Source: Chrysomallon squamiferum (Eukaryota > Animalia > Mollusca). Taken from it: a stretch of 64,000 bases of DNA. The DNA is taken from contig CM022671.1 in NCBI GenBank assembly GCA_012295275.1, positions 22,754,001 through 22,818,000 on the forward strand, given 5' to 3'. Under the pieces are notes generated by a model. The model did no database searches. It was given only the letters and a program-made list of their open reading frames with translations, and had not been told where the DNA came from. The position numbers were made by a program, and so were the translations under genes. Shown in pieces: positions 47,106 through 61,908 of the stretch (within the stretch, counting starts at the first letter, position 1; every line of letters starts with the position of its first letter).

Positions 47106-48201
47106 GATATTGGTCAACTAGTGTTTTATTTTTTATTTTTTTTTAAATAAAAATATTCTGCTATGTCATGACACTATAGAAAAATACATGTTCAAGGTGA
47201 AATCTGTCGTCCTCGTGATACAGTGACACGTATTAAGTAAAGGAAAGTGAAACTGTTAATTATGAACAGGAGATTACTTTTAAAATATATCTGTGTGCTG
47301 TATTCATTAACTTTTAACCAGACAAGGAAGGACAAAAATATTTTGTTTAATTTAATAATATATATATTTTGAATCTGCAGTTTTAACACGTCAAATAGTG
47401 AGAACCACACTGAATAAGAAACTCGTTAACGCCATACTGTGGATTAGTCTATATTACCAGAATCAAGGGATCAATCGTTGAAGTCGCATATTTCTTAGCC
47501 ATTACATTCTACGGTTTTAAGACCTTTCCTTAAACTTAACGTTACAGAAAAACTTAAGCGATTAAATCTCTAATTACATCACACACTAATCAAACATGGG
47601 ATTGTAAGTCCAGGAAATGCGTGCTTGACACTAATGTAGTCCAGTCGGAGAGGTGAATGGAGATGGTCCAATATATGAATTATTTCGCAAATTCTTTTGT
47701 CCATTAACTGAAAATGTACAGTGAATCGAAATCAGGCGTACTTGATATGAATCAGGTCCAGTGGGGATGCTGATTACAAGTGTATGAATTAATTATCTAT
47801 TTACATGTTTATCAGGCCTGACGTCACAGGAGCACCCAAGACAGGCGTACATGACATTAATACAGGCTAATCAAAGTGTTGATTTTTTTGCTTTCAAGGT
47901 TGCAATAAGACGCAGTATTTCACCGTTGCTATCTGGTGTTTGGAAGATAATTACCGACTGTTAATTTGACGTGTTTGATTCATAGCTACAGGGATGAATG
48001 CTGGTCTTTGTTATCTCTTCATTACTGCTGGGGCATGTTATTTTGTTTGCTTCAAACTGGTGTGAAAGAGGAGTGTCTTATGGTGGGTGTGTATATGTGT
48101 GTGTTTCTGTGTGCGAACGTGAGAAAGATGAAAACAAGAATAAAAAGGTAGGAAAAGGAGAAAAGAAGAATGAAAGAGAGAAAAAGAAATACACACACAT
48201 A

Positions 48202-48275
<74 letters not shown>

Positions 48276-48618
48276 AAATATAAAAAGAAAACAAATTGAT
48301 GTCTTGCGCATGGAATAGTTATATATATATTTTTAAGAAACCCCAGACAAAACAACAACTATCCCATCCCAAAGAACAAACAAAACAGAGCAAAGAAACA
48401 AACAATAAACAACTAATAAAAATAATATTAAAATGTAAAAAATTTAGAATGAGAAAACATACGAAACAAATACCGCCCCAGTGTAGGGCAGACCATTATT
48501 AATCCTTTTATTATTACATAAGTAACTGTTAACGATTATATTTCAGAATAAAATATTTATTTATTAGAAAACAGTTACCTTCTACTCACCGATAATTATC
48601 AGTATAATTAATAAAATA

Positions 48619-48660
<42 letters not shown>

Positions 48661-49335
48661 TATTAAAAATGAAGTATCTTAAATAATTATACTGATAATA
48701 TATATATATTATGACGAATAGTCATGCAATTGTAATCTACACCGTATTAAAAAAAAAATGTACTGATTACGTGTTCGTGCACTTCGACAGTGTCAAAGTT
48801 ATTATTAAAACGGATGAATGACACAGTCCACTTAACAAAAGTGTTTACTAGAGCAGCTATTGATCTCGGGATCAATTCATGTCTGCGGACCAATTGATTT
48901 TTCCAGACAGCGTCCTTTATCAGCTGTATCAACAGACGTATGATGTGCGTGTGTCTGGGGGAAAAACGGATGTATATATATATATATATTTAAAAAAACT
49001 ATATATTGCCAGAATGTTCCAAGAACATTTGTCAGCTAATTTGCTCGTACATCATTCATTAATGTTACCATCTGTTTGACACCTGATAATCGCTGATTAA
49101 ACCAACATTCCTCTACTGCTTTTTCTCTTTTTATTAGCGATCAGAGACATACCACCACTAAAAGTTCTGCGACGTAAAAAACGTATACGATAATGATGAT
49201 GATGATGTGATGTATGTATGTATGTAGTTACACTAAACTGTTCAGCGAGTGGCAATCTCTGTGATCTACAGAAGTTCATACGAGGTCGTCTATATTAATA
49301 AAATAAAAAATAAGGTTTTTCTGTATTCAGCCTTC

Positions 49336-49367
<32 letters not shown>

Positions 49368-49474
49368 TAAGGATTCCATTTTTCACATACCAGGTTCGAT
49401 CACGAAGGTATTGGACTAATATCATGTGAACTCACGAGTTAAACATATACGAATGTATGTATTTATGTGTACGT

Positions 49475-49520
<46 letters not shown>

Positions 49521-51134
49521 ATGATAGTTAATTTAAAATGAAGTGACAATTGAACATTTTATACTGTAAACAGATACAAAAAATGTTCGTTCTTTAATTT
49601 AATAAGACAAAACGGTTTAACCAAAGAATGAACATAATTATTAAAAATTAAAACTAAGATGATGTAATTAAATTATTTTTTTTTTTTATTATACGAGCGA
49701 CATTCACCTTTATATGTATCGAAAATGTTTGCTTGTTTGTTGGCTTTATTTATTTATTTATTTTTATTTTTTTTTCCATTTTTCATTTTTAAAATTTATA
49801 ATGAAATAAATTTAATCTTAAAAGATGCATTCTGAATTCTTTATCCGTCCCTGATCATTAAATTTTATCTTTTCAGATATAAAATGTTTTAAAGGTTGCG
49901 TTAGAAAGAATGTCTGTGAGCAGCAAGGCTTGAAATAAATAAACCCTACCCTACCCAACCCTACCCTACCCTATATATATCTATATATCACACGAAAAAT
50001 GCATCTACTGATTATATTTTAATCAAATTCTTATGTTATTTGAACATACGTCTTTAGAAACGTGATTAATGTCAAATGCAAACAGTTTTCATTCTTTCAT
50101 TAAACCACATTGGACCAGTTTCCTTTACGGTGATAAACGAAATGTATACTTTTACAAAACAAGGTAATTAAGAGACTTTGATTACTTTTCTGAATAATGG
50201 TTATTACACGTGGGTACGTACAAAGGTTCACGCAGTAAGACTGTACACGTAGCAGAGCAGCTTCGAGTCAGCCGTGTACACTTCTAAGACTTATTAATTC
50301 CGTGATTAAAAGCGGATTTCGTGCTTTTGCGAACTCGGCTGACGCCACACGGAGTATCGAATTTAACGAAGAGAAACCAGTGTACGACATTTTTACGAAA
50401 AATGACCAATCGATGACAGTGTAACATTCTAATGACGACCATGATGCGCCATAAGTAGGTCTGCTTGACACGGTTTCTTTCTTTCTTTCTTTTCTTTTCT
50501 TTTCTTTTCTTTTTGATGGGGATTGACTTGTTAACTAGTGAATGTGGGCAGATTAGGAAAGGTCATTCGTCCGCGAGCAAATGACAAGAGACTCACATGA
50601 AATGATTCGATACGACCGTGCCCGACTTCATCGAACAGTTCTTTCCTCCACTGACATAGTTCGTTTGTTATAAGCGGATCACAATGATCTTTCTGGATAC
50701 GACTTCCTCGATTGTCACTCGTAATCCAGTACACACTGTAACTTGTTTACCAGACGCAGAAGCTGTTGTGTCTGATTCAGATGAAATACGATAACATTCA
50801 GAGCGCTTTGTTCCCGAGCAGTTAGCTATTGGTGCATGTGTACAAGGAAGTAGACTATCATAAAAATAAATAAAATAAAAAAAAAATAAATAAAAAAAAA
50901 AAAAAAAAAAGATTCTTCTTCTTCTTTAAATAAAGCTTTGAAACTGGTTAAATGTAGATTTAAAAATATATAACTCAAAATATATAAAAATATGTGTCTC
51001 TGTTATTCAGTTGGTCTTGTTCTTCCGTTTGTCAGCTAATTTGTCCAAGCCTTCATCATATGTTAAAAGCATAATATATAATTATATTTTCATTCACATA
51101 TGTAAACATGACCCATAATATATAATTATATTTT

Positions 51135-51224
<90 letters not shown>

Positions 51225-51629
51225 TTTCTAACAAAAAAATTTGTCCGCATTTTACAATTTTCTAAATTACCCAAAAATATAGACTTTTTTAAACTGATAT
51301 TTTTATTTTTTTATTTTAGATATTTTATTTATTTATTTATTTATTTATTTTTGTTAAACGTTTAATCCACCCCTTTCTTACAATCGCTCCATCTCGCTGA
51401 AATTTTAGTTCAGAATACGTCATTGTGTGTTGTTTTTACTTCACTAGTTGTGATGTAAACCTCTTTCAGCCTAACTCCACCTGAAAGGAAATATTACTTG
51501 AGGACTAATTAGTACCGCGTGGTTGATTTCCACATAAGCCATCTTCATCATTAACGGTTGTGAGAGACGCGAGAACATTTCTTGAAAGCAAAATGATCTT
51601 TATCCCATAGGAAATCCTGTTGAGTTGCA

Positions 51630-51750
51630 AAGGTCACGTGTCTTTGTGTCTGACATGCGCATACGTCAGTAACGTTTACTGTCAGGAAGTGAGGAAGACC
51701 CATTTACTTACTTCTGACGTCACGACGCCATCATAGGGCACGTGGCAAAA
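51630..51750. promoter_or_regulatory. Enhancer-like motif cluster (E-box, Ets, CRE)
   Basis: GTCACGTG 51633-51640, CAGGAAGT 51683-51690, TGACGTCA 51715-51722 and CACGTG 51739-51744 within ~115 bp. Confidence 0.45.
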
Positions 51751-52884
51751 GTAAGGCGAGGTTAACTACAAGATTGTCGGTGATTGTATTTCATTAGTGA
51801 TATTGCGTCATAATAATACTAATACTAATACTACTACTAATAATAATAGTCATCATCATCATCATCAACAACATCATTATCATTATTTAAGTTATAACCG
51901 ACTTTTGGGCTATGCTTAAATGTTATTCTGTAAATTTTCTTTCATAATGTGGCATTATGAAATTCGGATAACCTTTTTAAATTATTATAATTATTTTACA
52001 AGCATCATTTTATGAATGTATTTTTTTTTTTTCCTAAGTATAGAGTTATAACTTGTGTAAACTAACGTCAAACGTTTTATAACGTATCCATTTAATTTAA
52101 TTTTACAAGCAGGCAAAGGTCATAAACATTGATTTTTGTTTCGATCATCTGAAGTTCGTTATTATTAGTTGGGTTTTTCTTTCGTTCCAGTTTAATGTTT
52201 GATTCGTTATTGCTTCATAAGGTCGAGTTTAATGCAATCAATGATTCACAAAGGAGTCTGGAACGGGAAATAAACCGTGTGTCAAAGGTCACGATATGTG
52301 CGTGGATACTGTAAGGGGAATGAAAACTAAAATAAATCTTTGATAAGAGTAGTGAGCTCTCTGGCGGAGGTTTTCTCCTATTTGACATCTCATTGACATT
52401 TATAGTGCTAATACGTTTTATCCTTAACTGTCGCTGATTAAAAATAAGGTTATCAGACATTTTCACGTTGTCTGTTACATTCCTTTTCATTGGTATTTTT
52501 TTTTTTTTTTTTTTTTAAACGTTTCATATACGCTTCCTTGTTTCATGTTTCTTTTTCCATTTTTTTTTTTTTCTTTCTTGTAGGTGTGTTTCGGTTTTGA
52601 AAATAGTCTATGAAACTGATATTCCTGTAAAAATTGTTTGTTAACAAATCATAATTCTGGCAAAATATCGGCTCTTCTAGTGACGGTGATTGGCATTCAT
52701 CGCTGCTTTTAAACAGATAAAAGTATCCGTGATTCTCGCAATCGTTGTTGCCATCGCACCATTTTCACTGGCACAAAACTAACATTACTTTTCAACGCAC
52801 GTGAAATGTGTTTACTTTTTTTCTTTCTCTTGCTATGTTTTATCATTGAAGCTGAACGAGAAAACTGTTTTTTGTTTTTTTTTA

Positions 52885-53211
52885 ATAGTTGTTTTGTACT
52901 TTTGTTTTATGATTTTCTCTTCTGATTCGTTTACTTGTATGCTTTTTTTGTTGTTCTTCTTGTATTTGTTTTCTGTGGATTATTCACCTCTAGGAATGTA
53001 AGTAACACTGAAGGTGGTATTTTAAGGAGTTGTTTGTAATGTTTGGGTAATTTCAGAAACAAGCTGTTGTAGGAAATAAGAAGCTGTAAAATAACTACAA
53101 ATAGATGAAAGAAAAAGAGGAATACAGAGACAGAGAAATATACATAGATGAAGAGAAAATATCGTAACAAGAAGAAGAAGAAGAAGATAATGGAAAGGGG
53201 AGAAGTAATAT

Positions 53212-53282
<71 letters not shown>

Positions 53283-53434
53283 AAGAGAAAGAAAAAAATA
53301 TTTAGGTTCAAATATAAAAAAAAACATTACTAATAAATAACAGTTAAACGTATAAACAAGACACACGAACACATACACTAACAAGAAAACCTAGAAACCA
53401 ACCAATATATAAATAAATAAATAAATCAGTCCGT
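52885..53434 (+). repeat. Left arm of a ~550 bp inverted repeat (partner 57343-57923)
   Basis: The reverse complement aligns almost base for base with 57343-57923, e.g. TTCTGTGGATTATTCACCTCTAGGAATGTA vs TACATTCCTAGAGGTGAATAATCCACAGAA, including the internal (GA)n tract. Confidence 0.95.
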
Positions 53435-55516
53435 GAAGTGCTGTTCACCGCCATTTTCACAAAACATTACCAATAATGTTCGGAAAGCATGAATTCCATT
53501 CCAGTCCCGTAATAGTTTGTGAATAGCAGTAATTACTTTGTCTCAAACTTCCAACATTTGTCCAGCAACTGTTATTTTATACGAAAAAAAAAAAAAAAAA
53601 AAAAAAACCAGAAATTTTTAAAAATAATCAAATAATTAATTTAGGCTGGAATCGAAAGCTGTTATAGTTAAGTCCATGATAACAGTAATAAGATATTCAT
53701 TTCAGATAATCGTTTTGTGCACTGCATTTACTTCTTATTTATTTAAAGGCACAAATACGATACTTTTTCTGAAATCTATTTAGCTCTGTACTCAAGCCCT
53801 GCTTGTGTGTCTTTTTTCGCAAATTTGTTTAAAACAAACGGAGACATTTTTATTATTACTTATATTCATTAAAAAAAAAAAAAAATAAATAAATAAATAA
53901 AAAAGTTTTATAGGTCTGATTTCACAATTATTTAAGTCTTTTATTATAACCATTCGCACACTGTTTTGAAAATAAAAAGTGAGAAGAAGTGAAAAAAAAA
54001 TCAAAAAAAAAAAAAAAATATAGGAACAACAATGGTCGCAGGATGTTGCATTTTTGATTCAACACAGAGCGACCTCCATCGGCAAGTGTCGACGTCACAG
54101 GACACGAAAAGTAAACTTGGCGCTGGCGTCTGCTAACACTGTTCGTTTATAGTTCCACATTCCGCGACGTGCCATCAGAACAAAGAGCAGCCGAGACATC
54201 ACTGAGCGAGATGACGTCACTCATTTGCAGACGATATTGACTGTCAACAGAGGACGAGGAAGTGCAAGTTGTGTGTAGTTCACGCCCAGAATGTCGAGCC
54301 TCGTCTTAGAATTGTTAACATGAAGGCAAAAAAAAAAAAAACAACAAGAAGTACAGCTTAGCGTATAGAGATTAATTTTTGTTTTTCTGTTTCTTTTAGA
54401 GAATATTATTATTAATTTTTTTTCTTCTTCCTGTTTCGTTTACGATGACATTAAAATACACAGATTATTAATAAGAAGATTATATCATGAATGAAGCTTA
54501 CTAAGATGAGACTGAAAAACAGAGTGCGGTGGGAGGGGGGGAGATAAATAAACACCCGACAAATAAACAAACAAAACAACAACAACAAAAATACCCCAAA
54601 ACAACAACAACAACAAACAACAATTAAATAAACATCAGACAAATAAACAAACGAAACAACAACAACAAACAACAATAAAAACAACACCAGATAACAACTA
54701 AACAACAACAAAAAATAACAAAGTGATTATGGGAGAAAGTGAGATAAATCAGACATACGTAAATTAATTATCTAATTGTCTAATAATAATAATAATAATC
54801 ATAAAGCTTCACAAAATAATAATAATAATAATAAAAAAAGACCTCCAAAAACGGAGCGCTTCACTATAATTTTATGCCAGCGATATCCGCAACAGATCTC
54901 TCTTCTTCATTCACACTCCTCCGCCCACACAACTATTTCCTAATTGTTCGAAAGCCACTCGGTCTACCCCTTAAGTTACGTTTTTCTCACGTGTACCAAC
55001 AACCTTTCTTATCACGGGGCCTGCTGGGAACTTGATAAAATAAATCTACCAACACATTCTGCAACGATATGGCTTTGGCAGATTGAAAACAAAAAATAAA
55101 ATAAAAGAAAAATAAGAAGAAGAAGAAGAAGAAGAAGAAGAGCGAAACGTTTGCACGTTTTCGCTTCATCTCCAGACACGTGCTTAACTCAAAACGGTTC
55201 TTAGTGCATAGTACTCGAAACGTGTGAGTGACGGAAATTCCAGAACCGCTCCGAAGTTGTTTCACCTAGAAAGATCGGCGGCGTCTTCCAAAAGAGTCTG
55301 AGAGAGAGAGAGATGATCGAGTGACGGGAATGTGCCAGGTATGAAGGAATGTTACTCGCTGGTGGTTGTGCTGGTGGTGAAATTACGTCACGTCAGCAAT
55401 AATGTCACTGGAATACGTTCGCCAGATCTCCCCCCCTCCCCAGTTCGTATTCCGGGCTTCCATCTCCTTGTTTTGTGTCTGCTTTTGTGAGATTTTTTAA
55501 AATTTTTATTGTTGCA

Positions 55517-55564
<48 letters not shown>

Positions 55565-55961
55565 TTTTTTTTTTTAAAGTTATGTCTCTTTCCCTTCTTT
55601 TTTCCCCCTCTTTATTACCACAGATATTAAGAATATAGGAGCGGAATATTATTTTATGATGGCGGGCAATCCTGAGTTTTCAAGTGAAACGAGAAAAGAA
55701 ATAAAAAATAAAAAAATAAAGCGTAAAAAAAAGAGTAAAAAAACAAACAACAAAAAACAACAACAATAACAACAATCCACAATAACAATCAAATATGCCT
55801 AAACAAAACAAACCTAACCCCTATGCATTTTGTTGTCATCTGTTGAAATTTTCCTTTTGTGATCAGCGTTTTTATCGTTATCAGCAGCAACAACAACCCA
55901 GGCTAAGATTAAGATTTTTTAAGGAGTGGATTGGCAAAACCTTCTTTAAAATGTTTATCTC

Positions 55962-56380
55962 AGTCAAAAAAACAAAAACGACTGGCACTCGATTTATTGA
56001 GTCCATATATCTGTTGTGTGTCTTTGTGCGTGTATATATTTATACTTCTGTGTATGTGTGTATGTAGTTTAGGATTTTGAATATTCTCTGTCTTATGTAC
56101 GTCTGAATAGACTTTGCGCATAGACAATATTCGGGAACGCACTGGCACAGGAGGACAAAGTCGAAACACGACCTCACAAACCCTGTCAGATGACGCTGAC
56201 GAGACTCGAACGTATGGCACCCATTCGCCCGCACTCCGAAGCAGGACAATGTTACCGTTCGGCCATGAGTCAAAAAAAAAAAAAAAAAAAAAATGGCACT
56301 CGATTTATTGTGTCCATATATCTGTTGTGTGTCTTTGTGCGTGTATATTTATACTTCTGTATATGTATGTATGTATGTAT
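55962..56380 (+). repeat. Two ~100 bp direct repeats (~55962-56066 and ~56269-56380) flanking ~200 bp of unique sequence
   Basis: TGGCACTCGATTTATTG(A/T)GTCCATATATCTGTTGTGTGTCTTTGTGCGTGTATA...TATACTTCTGT occurs twice. Confidence 0.9.
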
Positions 56381-56856
56381 GTACATAAATATGAACATAC
56401 GTGCGTATGTAAGTACGTATATACGTAAATAAGTAAGTCAGTAGGTATGTATGCATATATGTATAGGTCTGTGTCTGTGTATGTACGACAGTGTATGCGT
56501 TTGTATGTCGTAAGTATCAGTTATAATTGCACTTCTAACATGTTTGACACAAATGATAAATATTTCAAAAGCTATATTAATCCCGCGTTCGGTTGCTGTT
56601 AGCAACTTGGTAATCAGCGTCCATCAACAATACGTCAGCATGCGTCATTTGACTCATTATAAATTCCCTGGTTTGAAATCAGATACAGAAACACGTCTAG
56701 TTGAATCATCGGCGAGACAATTAACCGAGACCTCATTAAAGCCCACTTCTTGTAACACCGTCAATGAGATTTCAAAACGTGATATTGTTCTCTTAATACA
56801 GTCAAAATCTGTTCTTTGACATTTCAACAAAATGAGCAATTAAGATATTAGGAATA

Positions 56857-56900
<44 letters not shown>

Positions 56901-57342
56901 ATGGATCTAGACAATGATTAAGGGCAACTATGACTGTATTATTTTATACTGACCTCGAAACCTGAATCTAGTTTCTGGTGAGAAAAGGAAATAGCTTTGT
57001 TCTGCAGAATAATAAATTATTTACCAGTAGCATATTAGATGATGGGATCTGAAGCATTTGTAGCACTGTATGTATGCAAGGCTTTTAAAAAGATTAATCT
57101 TAAAAATTCAGTTCATCTCTCTTTCTCTATCTCTTTCTCTTTTGTCTCCGAAAAGAGACAATATAACGACAACATGAACAACAATATATTACAGATATAT
57201 GTACAATAAAAAAAAGGAATCAAAGAACAACAAATACAACAACAATAACAATAGCAACAACAACAACAACAAAAAAACCCAACAACAACAACAACAAAAA
57301 CTCAACCAGAAAAAACAATAATAAAAAGATCCACCAAAATAA

Positions 57343-57516
57343 ACGGACTGATTATATATATATTTATTTTATACTGGTTGATTTTTTATTTATTTATACT
57401 GATTGGTTTTAGGTTTATATGTTAGTGTATATGTTCGTGTGTACTTGTTTATACGTTTAACTGTTATTTATTAGTAATGTTTTTTTTATATTTGAACCTA
57501 AACATTCTTTTTTTTT

Positions 57517-57596
<80 letters not shown>

Positions 57597-57923
57597 ATAT
57601 TACTTCTCCCCTTTCCATTATCTTCTTCTTCTTCTTCTTGTTACGATATTTTCTCTTCATCTATGTATATTTCTCTGTCTCTGTATTTCTCTTTTTCTTT
57701 CATCTATTTGTAGTTATTTTACAGCTTCTTATTTCCTACAACAGCTTGTTTCTGAAATTACCCAAAACGTTACAAACAACTCCTTAAAATACCACCTTCA
57801 GTGTTACCTACATTCCTAGAGGTGAATAATCCACAGAAAACAAATACAAGAAGAAGAAGAAGAAAGTATACAAGTAAACGAATGAAAAGAGAAAATCAGA
57901 AAACAAAAGTACAAAACAGCTAT
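57343..57923 (-). repeat. Right arm of a ~550 bp inverted repeat (partner 52885-53434)
   Basis: See the left arm. The six-frame track shows the same peptide tail (FLYLFSVDYSPLGM) on opposite strands at 52801-53001 and 57808-57990. Confidence 0.95.
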
Positions 57924-58417
57924 ATATATATATATAAGAAAAAAGAGAAAGAAATGTTCTCGCATATTGTACAAAATTGCTTCCGATCATGTAAAAGTAT
58001 ATCTTGTTAAAAAAAAAACGTTAAATCTCGTTATTTTACGAATGTCGTGAGAAAAGTTATGCATCATGCACGTGCTTATTCAGCCTCAATGATACAATTC
58101 AGTTCACATTAATTAAACACTACATTAACTTTAATTACATTCAGAGAAATAAAATCCAACAAAAAAATCTAACCTATTAGCGCCAACAACAGCTGGTATT
58201 AAAATAAATCAGAACTGTATTTTTTCATAATAACATTGGATTTATTTATGTTTTTTAGTTAATTTTTTTTCTGTTTTATATTCACAGCTAGTTATGTGCT
58301 ACTATTACAGCAAACAATGTCATAAATAAAAGATTTGACTTAAATGGCTTTGAAAAATGTTTGAAATCTGCTCCATTTTAATTTATTATTATTATTATTT
58401 ATTTTTTTTTTTTTAAA

Positions 58418-58535
58418 GATGGGCTGTAACTCAGTGACTACACGTGCTGAGTCCCAGAATCAGTCCTCCACGCTTCTCCATCTTTGCTATTTCCCGATCT
58501 TGTTAGTGCTCCGTGAGTGATTATCATAGAAAGTT

Positions 58536-58570
<35 letters not shown>

Positions 58571-58700
58571 TGTTTGTTGCTAATAGAAAATAATTAAGAG
58601 TTGTATAAAGGCTGCGGGTTTCCTCTCTCATACTCTGTATCGTACTTAACTACTGGTGTGACGTCACTCATTGCCGTAATATTAAAATTATGTTAAATAT
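58418..58700 (+). mobile_element. Degraded SINE-like interspersed repeat (longest copy)
   Basis: Has a tRNA-like head (GGGCTGTAACTCAGTG). Its blocks TGTTGCTAATAGAAAA, TAATTAAGAGT and GCGGGTTTCCTCTCT recur in diverged form at ~700-815, ~5860-5960 and ~7890-8100. Confidence 0.5.
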
Positions 58701-58825
58701 ATTTTTAATTTTTTTTTTTTTTTTAATTTACTTTTTTGTTAAATTTTGATAGACTTGCCTATCATTAAACTGTTTTGTTAAAGTTTTTTTTTTTTTTTTT
58801 TCTCTAAATGTTGAAATCTTCTTTT

Positions 58826-58861
<36 letters not shown>

Positions 58862-61699
58862 GTATGGTAAACAATTGTGTCCAAACACATTATCATTATC
58901 TTATCGTATATATCTACTGAAGCGTTTGTTAATACGTGGATTCAAAATACTCAAAAAAACTTAGTAAAATCTCTTATTTATTTGTTTATTCCCTTTAGGA
59001 GATAATTAAAAACAAATATAGAGATAATCACAGTCTAGTATTCACATTTACTAGTTATGACTCAAAAGGCCTGGAACCATTTTTTAAATACATTTTAAAT
59101 AAAAGACTTGACCTGTTTTCATACGCCTTCGATTGCTATTATTTTATATTTGATACACTTTCTAAAGTCTTTTTTTTTTTTTCGTTCATTCATTCTTTCG
59201 TTCTTTCTTTCTTTCGTTCTTTCTTTCTTTTTTCTTTTTTTCTTTCTTTCTTTCGTTTCTTTTTTTTTTTTTTCTTTCTTTCTTTCTTTCTTTCTTTCTT
59301 AATATATTTTATTTTATTTTTTTTTTTTTACGTATAATGCTCGGCGTTAATCGGAAAATACATGTATTCTCAAAAAATTATCATACTCCTCAAGTACGGT
59401 GGAATGTTACCTACTTCTCAGTAATAAAAATAATGTTCGTTATTAGATCTACATACTTGCTGACGCAGAGAGCAAGCTTCATGTCAAATGGTTTATGGGA
59501 TGAGTTCTCGTCATCTGCTTTCTTAATTATTTTTCCAGTTCTAGCCGATCGCTCATTTTTGTTAAAGGAGGGGTTAATTGAAACCATTTTTTTTTTTTTT
59601 TTGTTCTGATTTTAGATGATATGTGTAAAAAGGTTAATTTCCAAATAAGAAAAAGAACTTGATTGACAGTAAGAGATGTTTAATGTGTATGTATCCCCAA
59701 GACATTAAAAAAACCACCCATCTGAAACCTTTTGATTAAGCGATCGCCAAGAATTGGGTGGAAAGGGAAACATACGAGACAATGAAGAGATTTGATCCTA
59801 CGACCGTCACTGAAACTACAGAAAAGCTTTGTAAAATGTCTACTATACGAGAACCATTTATTATTATTATTATTATTTTTTTTTTTAACAAACATGTCAT
59901 TGTATTGTATTGTATGTTATAGAAGGGTAATCACCCTGTTTTGTACGTAGGCAATAATCCATGAAAACCACTCAGGAGGGGTTATAATCTTTCAAAAAAG
60001 TCTATTAACCTGAATACGTTGAAAACATAATAAATAACATTCATGGTCATTGTGGTAAGCAGCGTGTGGTAAATTAGAAAAACTCCAAGGACGGATTAGC
60101 GTAAAATTAGCTGACATATTTTTGTTTAAATATTTAACATTGCGATAACATCATTACATATGTCGCCAGCTTTGTTATCAGCCCTGAGTTTAACTTTTTT
60201 TTTTTTTTTTTTTTTTGTTAAAACTTATTTATTGAATTTCTGTTACCATTCGTTCAGAAACTAAAAAAAAAAAAAAAAAAATAATAAAAAAAAAAAAAAT
60301 TAAAAAATTAAAAAGAAAAATATAAAAGTGCAAACTGTTAATAATGTAGATTACTAGTGTACAAAAACATGACAGTGTTGTGTAATTAAAATAATTTTTT
60401 TTTTTTTTTTAAGATAGCCATCATGTCGCTACATACGTAGGGATAATTATATTCATTTTGGTGTACGTTTTTCATTTTAGTTGACTGTGTGTATTTACTT
60501 CACATTGGTTTTATTTCTTTCCTTTCTTTTTATAAATCATTGCTTACAATCACCTCCAAAGATTTCACTTAGCGTTAGAAATTTCCCATGAATTAAGACA
60601 TCAACCGCTAACCAACTATTATCATTAAACCCCCATAAAAAAAAAAACAAGAGGACAACAGGCTGCTGTAAAATGATTTTTATATACAAATAAATAACAC
60701 GAACAGATCTGTTAATAAATTACAAAAAAACACCTCGTCTAACATATACAAACAGAAGACAGCGCAAGATACACATACAGGGTGTCGCGTGACAGACTTT
60801 TTTTCAAGTTAAAAATTTTTAAGACATCGACTAATACCTTTAAAACATGTATGTATATTCAGTTAGTGCGTAGATCCTCTCCAGACCCGTTTAAATTATC
60901 CTGTTCCCTCCTAGTGCTCGAGTTATTTATAAAATAGCATGGCAAGTGCTGCCTTGTAATATTATTATAGAAAAATAAAGAGAAGAAACTACGCTGCTGC
61001 CCTTTTTATGTGTGTGTGTGTACGTGTATGTGTGTGTGTATATAAAATATGTGTAATTTATGTTTAAATAAGTTTTTACGTGTTTGTAAATATGTATGTG
61101 TGTGTATTCACGTGTGCTATTTTTATAAGTGTGTGAGAATAGGTATGTGTGTATTTGTGTGTCTGTGTGTTGCGTGCGCCCGTGTTAATTGATGTTTGTA
61201 TTCACGACAGCATGTGTGTTCTCTCATTATTCTATTAGTGAAATAATTTTTTTTTTTTATTGAGATGCCAACAAACAATTCCTTTCTACATTTCGTTCCC
61301 ATTCTGTATTAAAAATTACAAGACTCATCTGAAGACGTTTGTAAAAATTTTAAGTATGGAGAGTCAAAAAAAAAAAAAAAAAAAAAAAAAATTGCATTTT
61401 CTCGAGATCGACTAAAAGAATGGGAACTAAAAAAATCATCTCAAAAGTCAGAAAGGAAACAGAGCACTAGGGGAAGAGGAGTTATTTAATAAATTATTCT
61501 GGCCTTAATTGTATCACAAAAACATCACCGCGAAGAATCCTGTAACAAAACAGACAGAAACGTAATTTCCAAACATTATAATTATACTGATGAGATATTT
61601 CAGAAATGTTCTCTTACGATTTTGTCGGTCGTATGGTTTATATCACTGAAAGTCTCGCAAAGTTTTCTGCAAGAAATATATTTTTCTTTTGTTTTATAT

Positions 61700-61908
<209 letters not shown>

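Noticed and set aside
49385-49410. B-box-like GGTTCGATC suggesting a tRNA gene
   Set aside because: No A-box or cloverleaf can be folded around it.
50268-50734. Two 67 aa minus-strand ORFs and a short TGTACACG/CGTGTACA hairpin nearby
   Set aside because: No recognisable family or convincing splice sites; the stem is too short for a pre-miRNA and matches no mature miRNA I recall.
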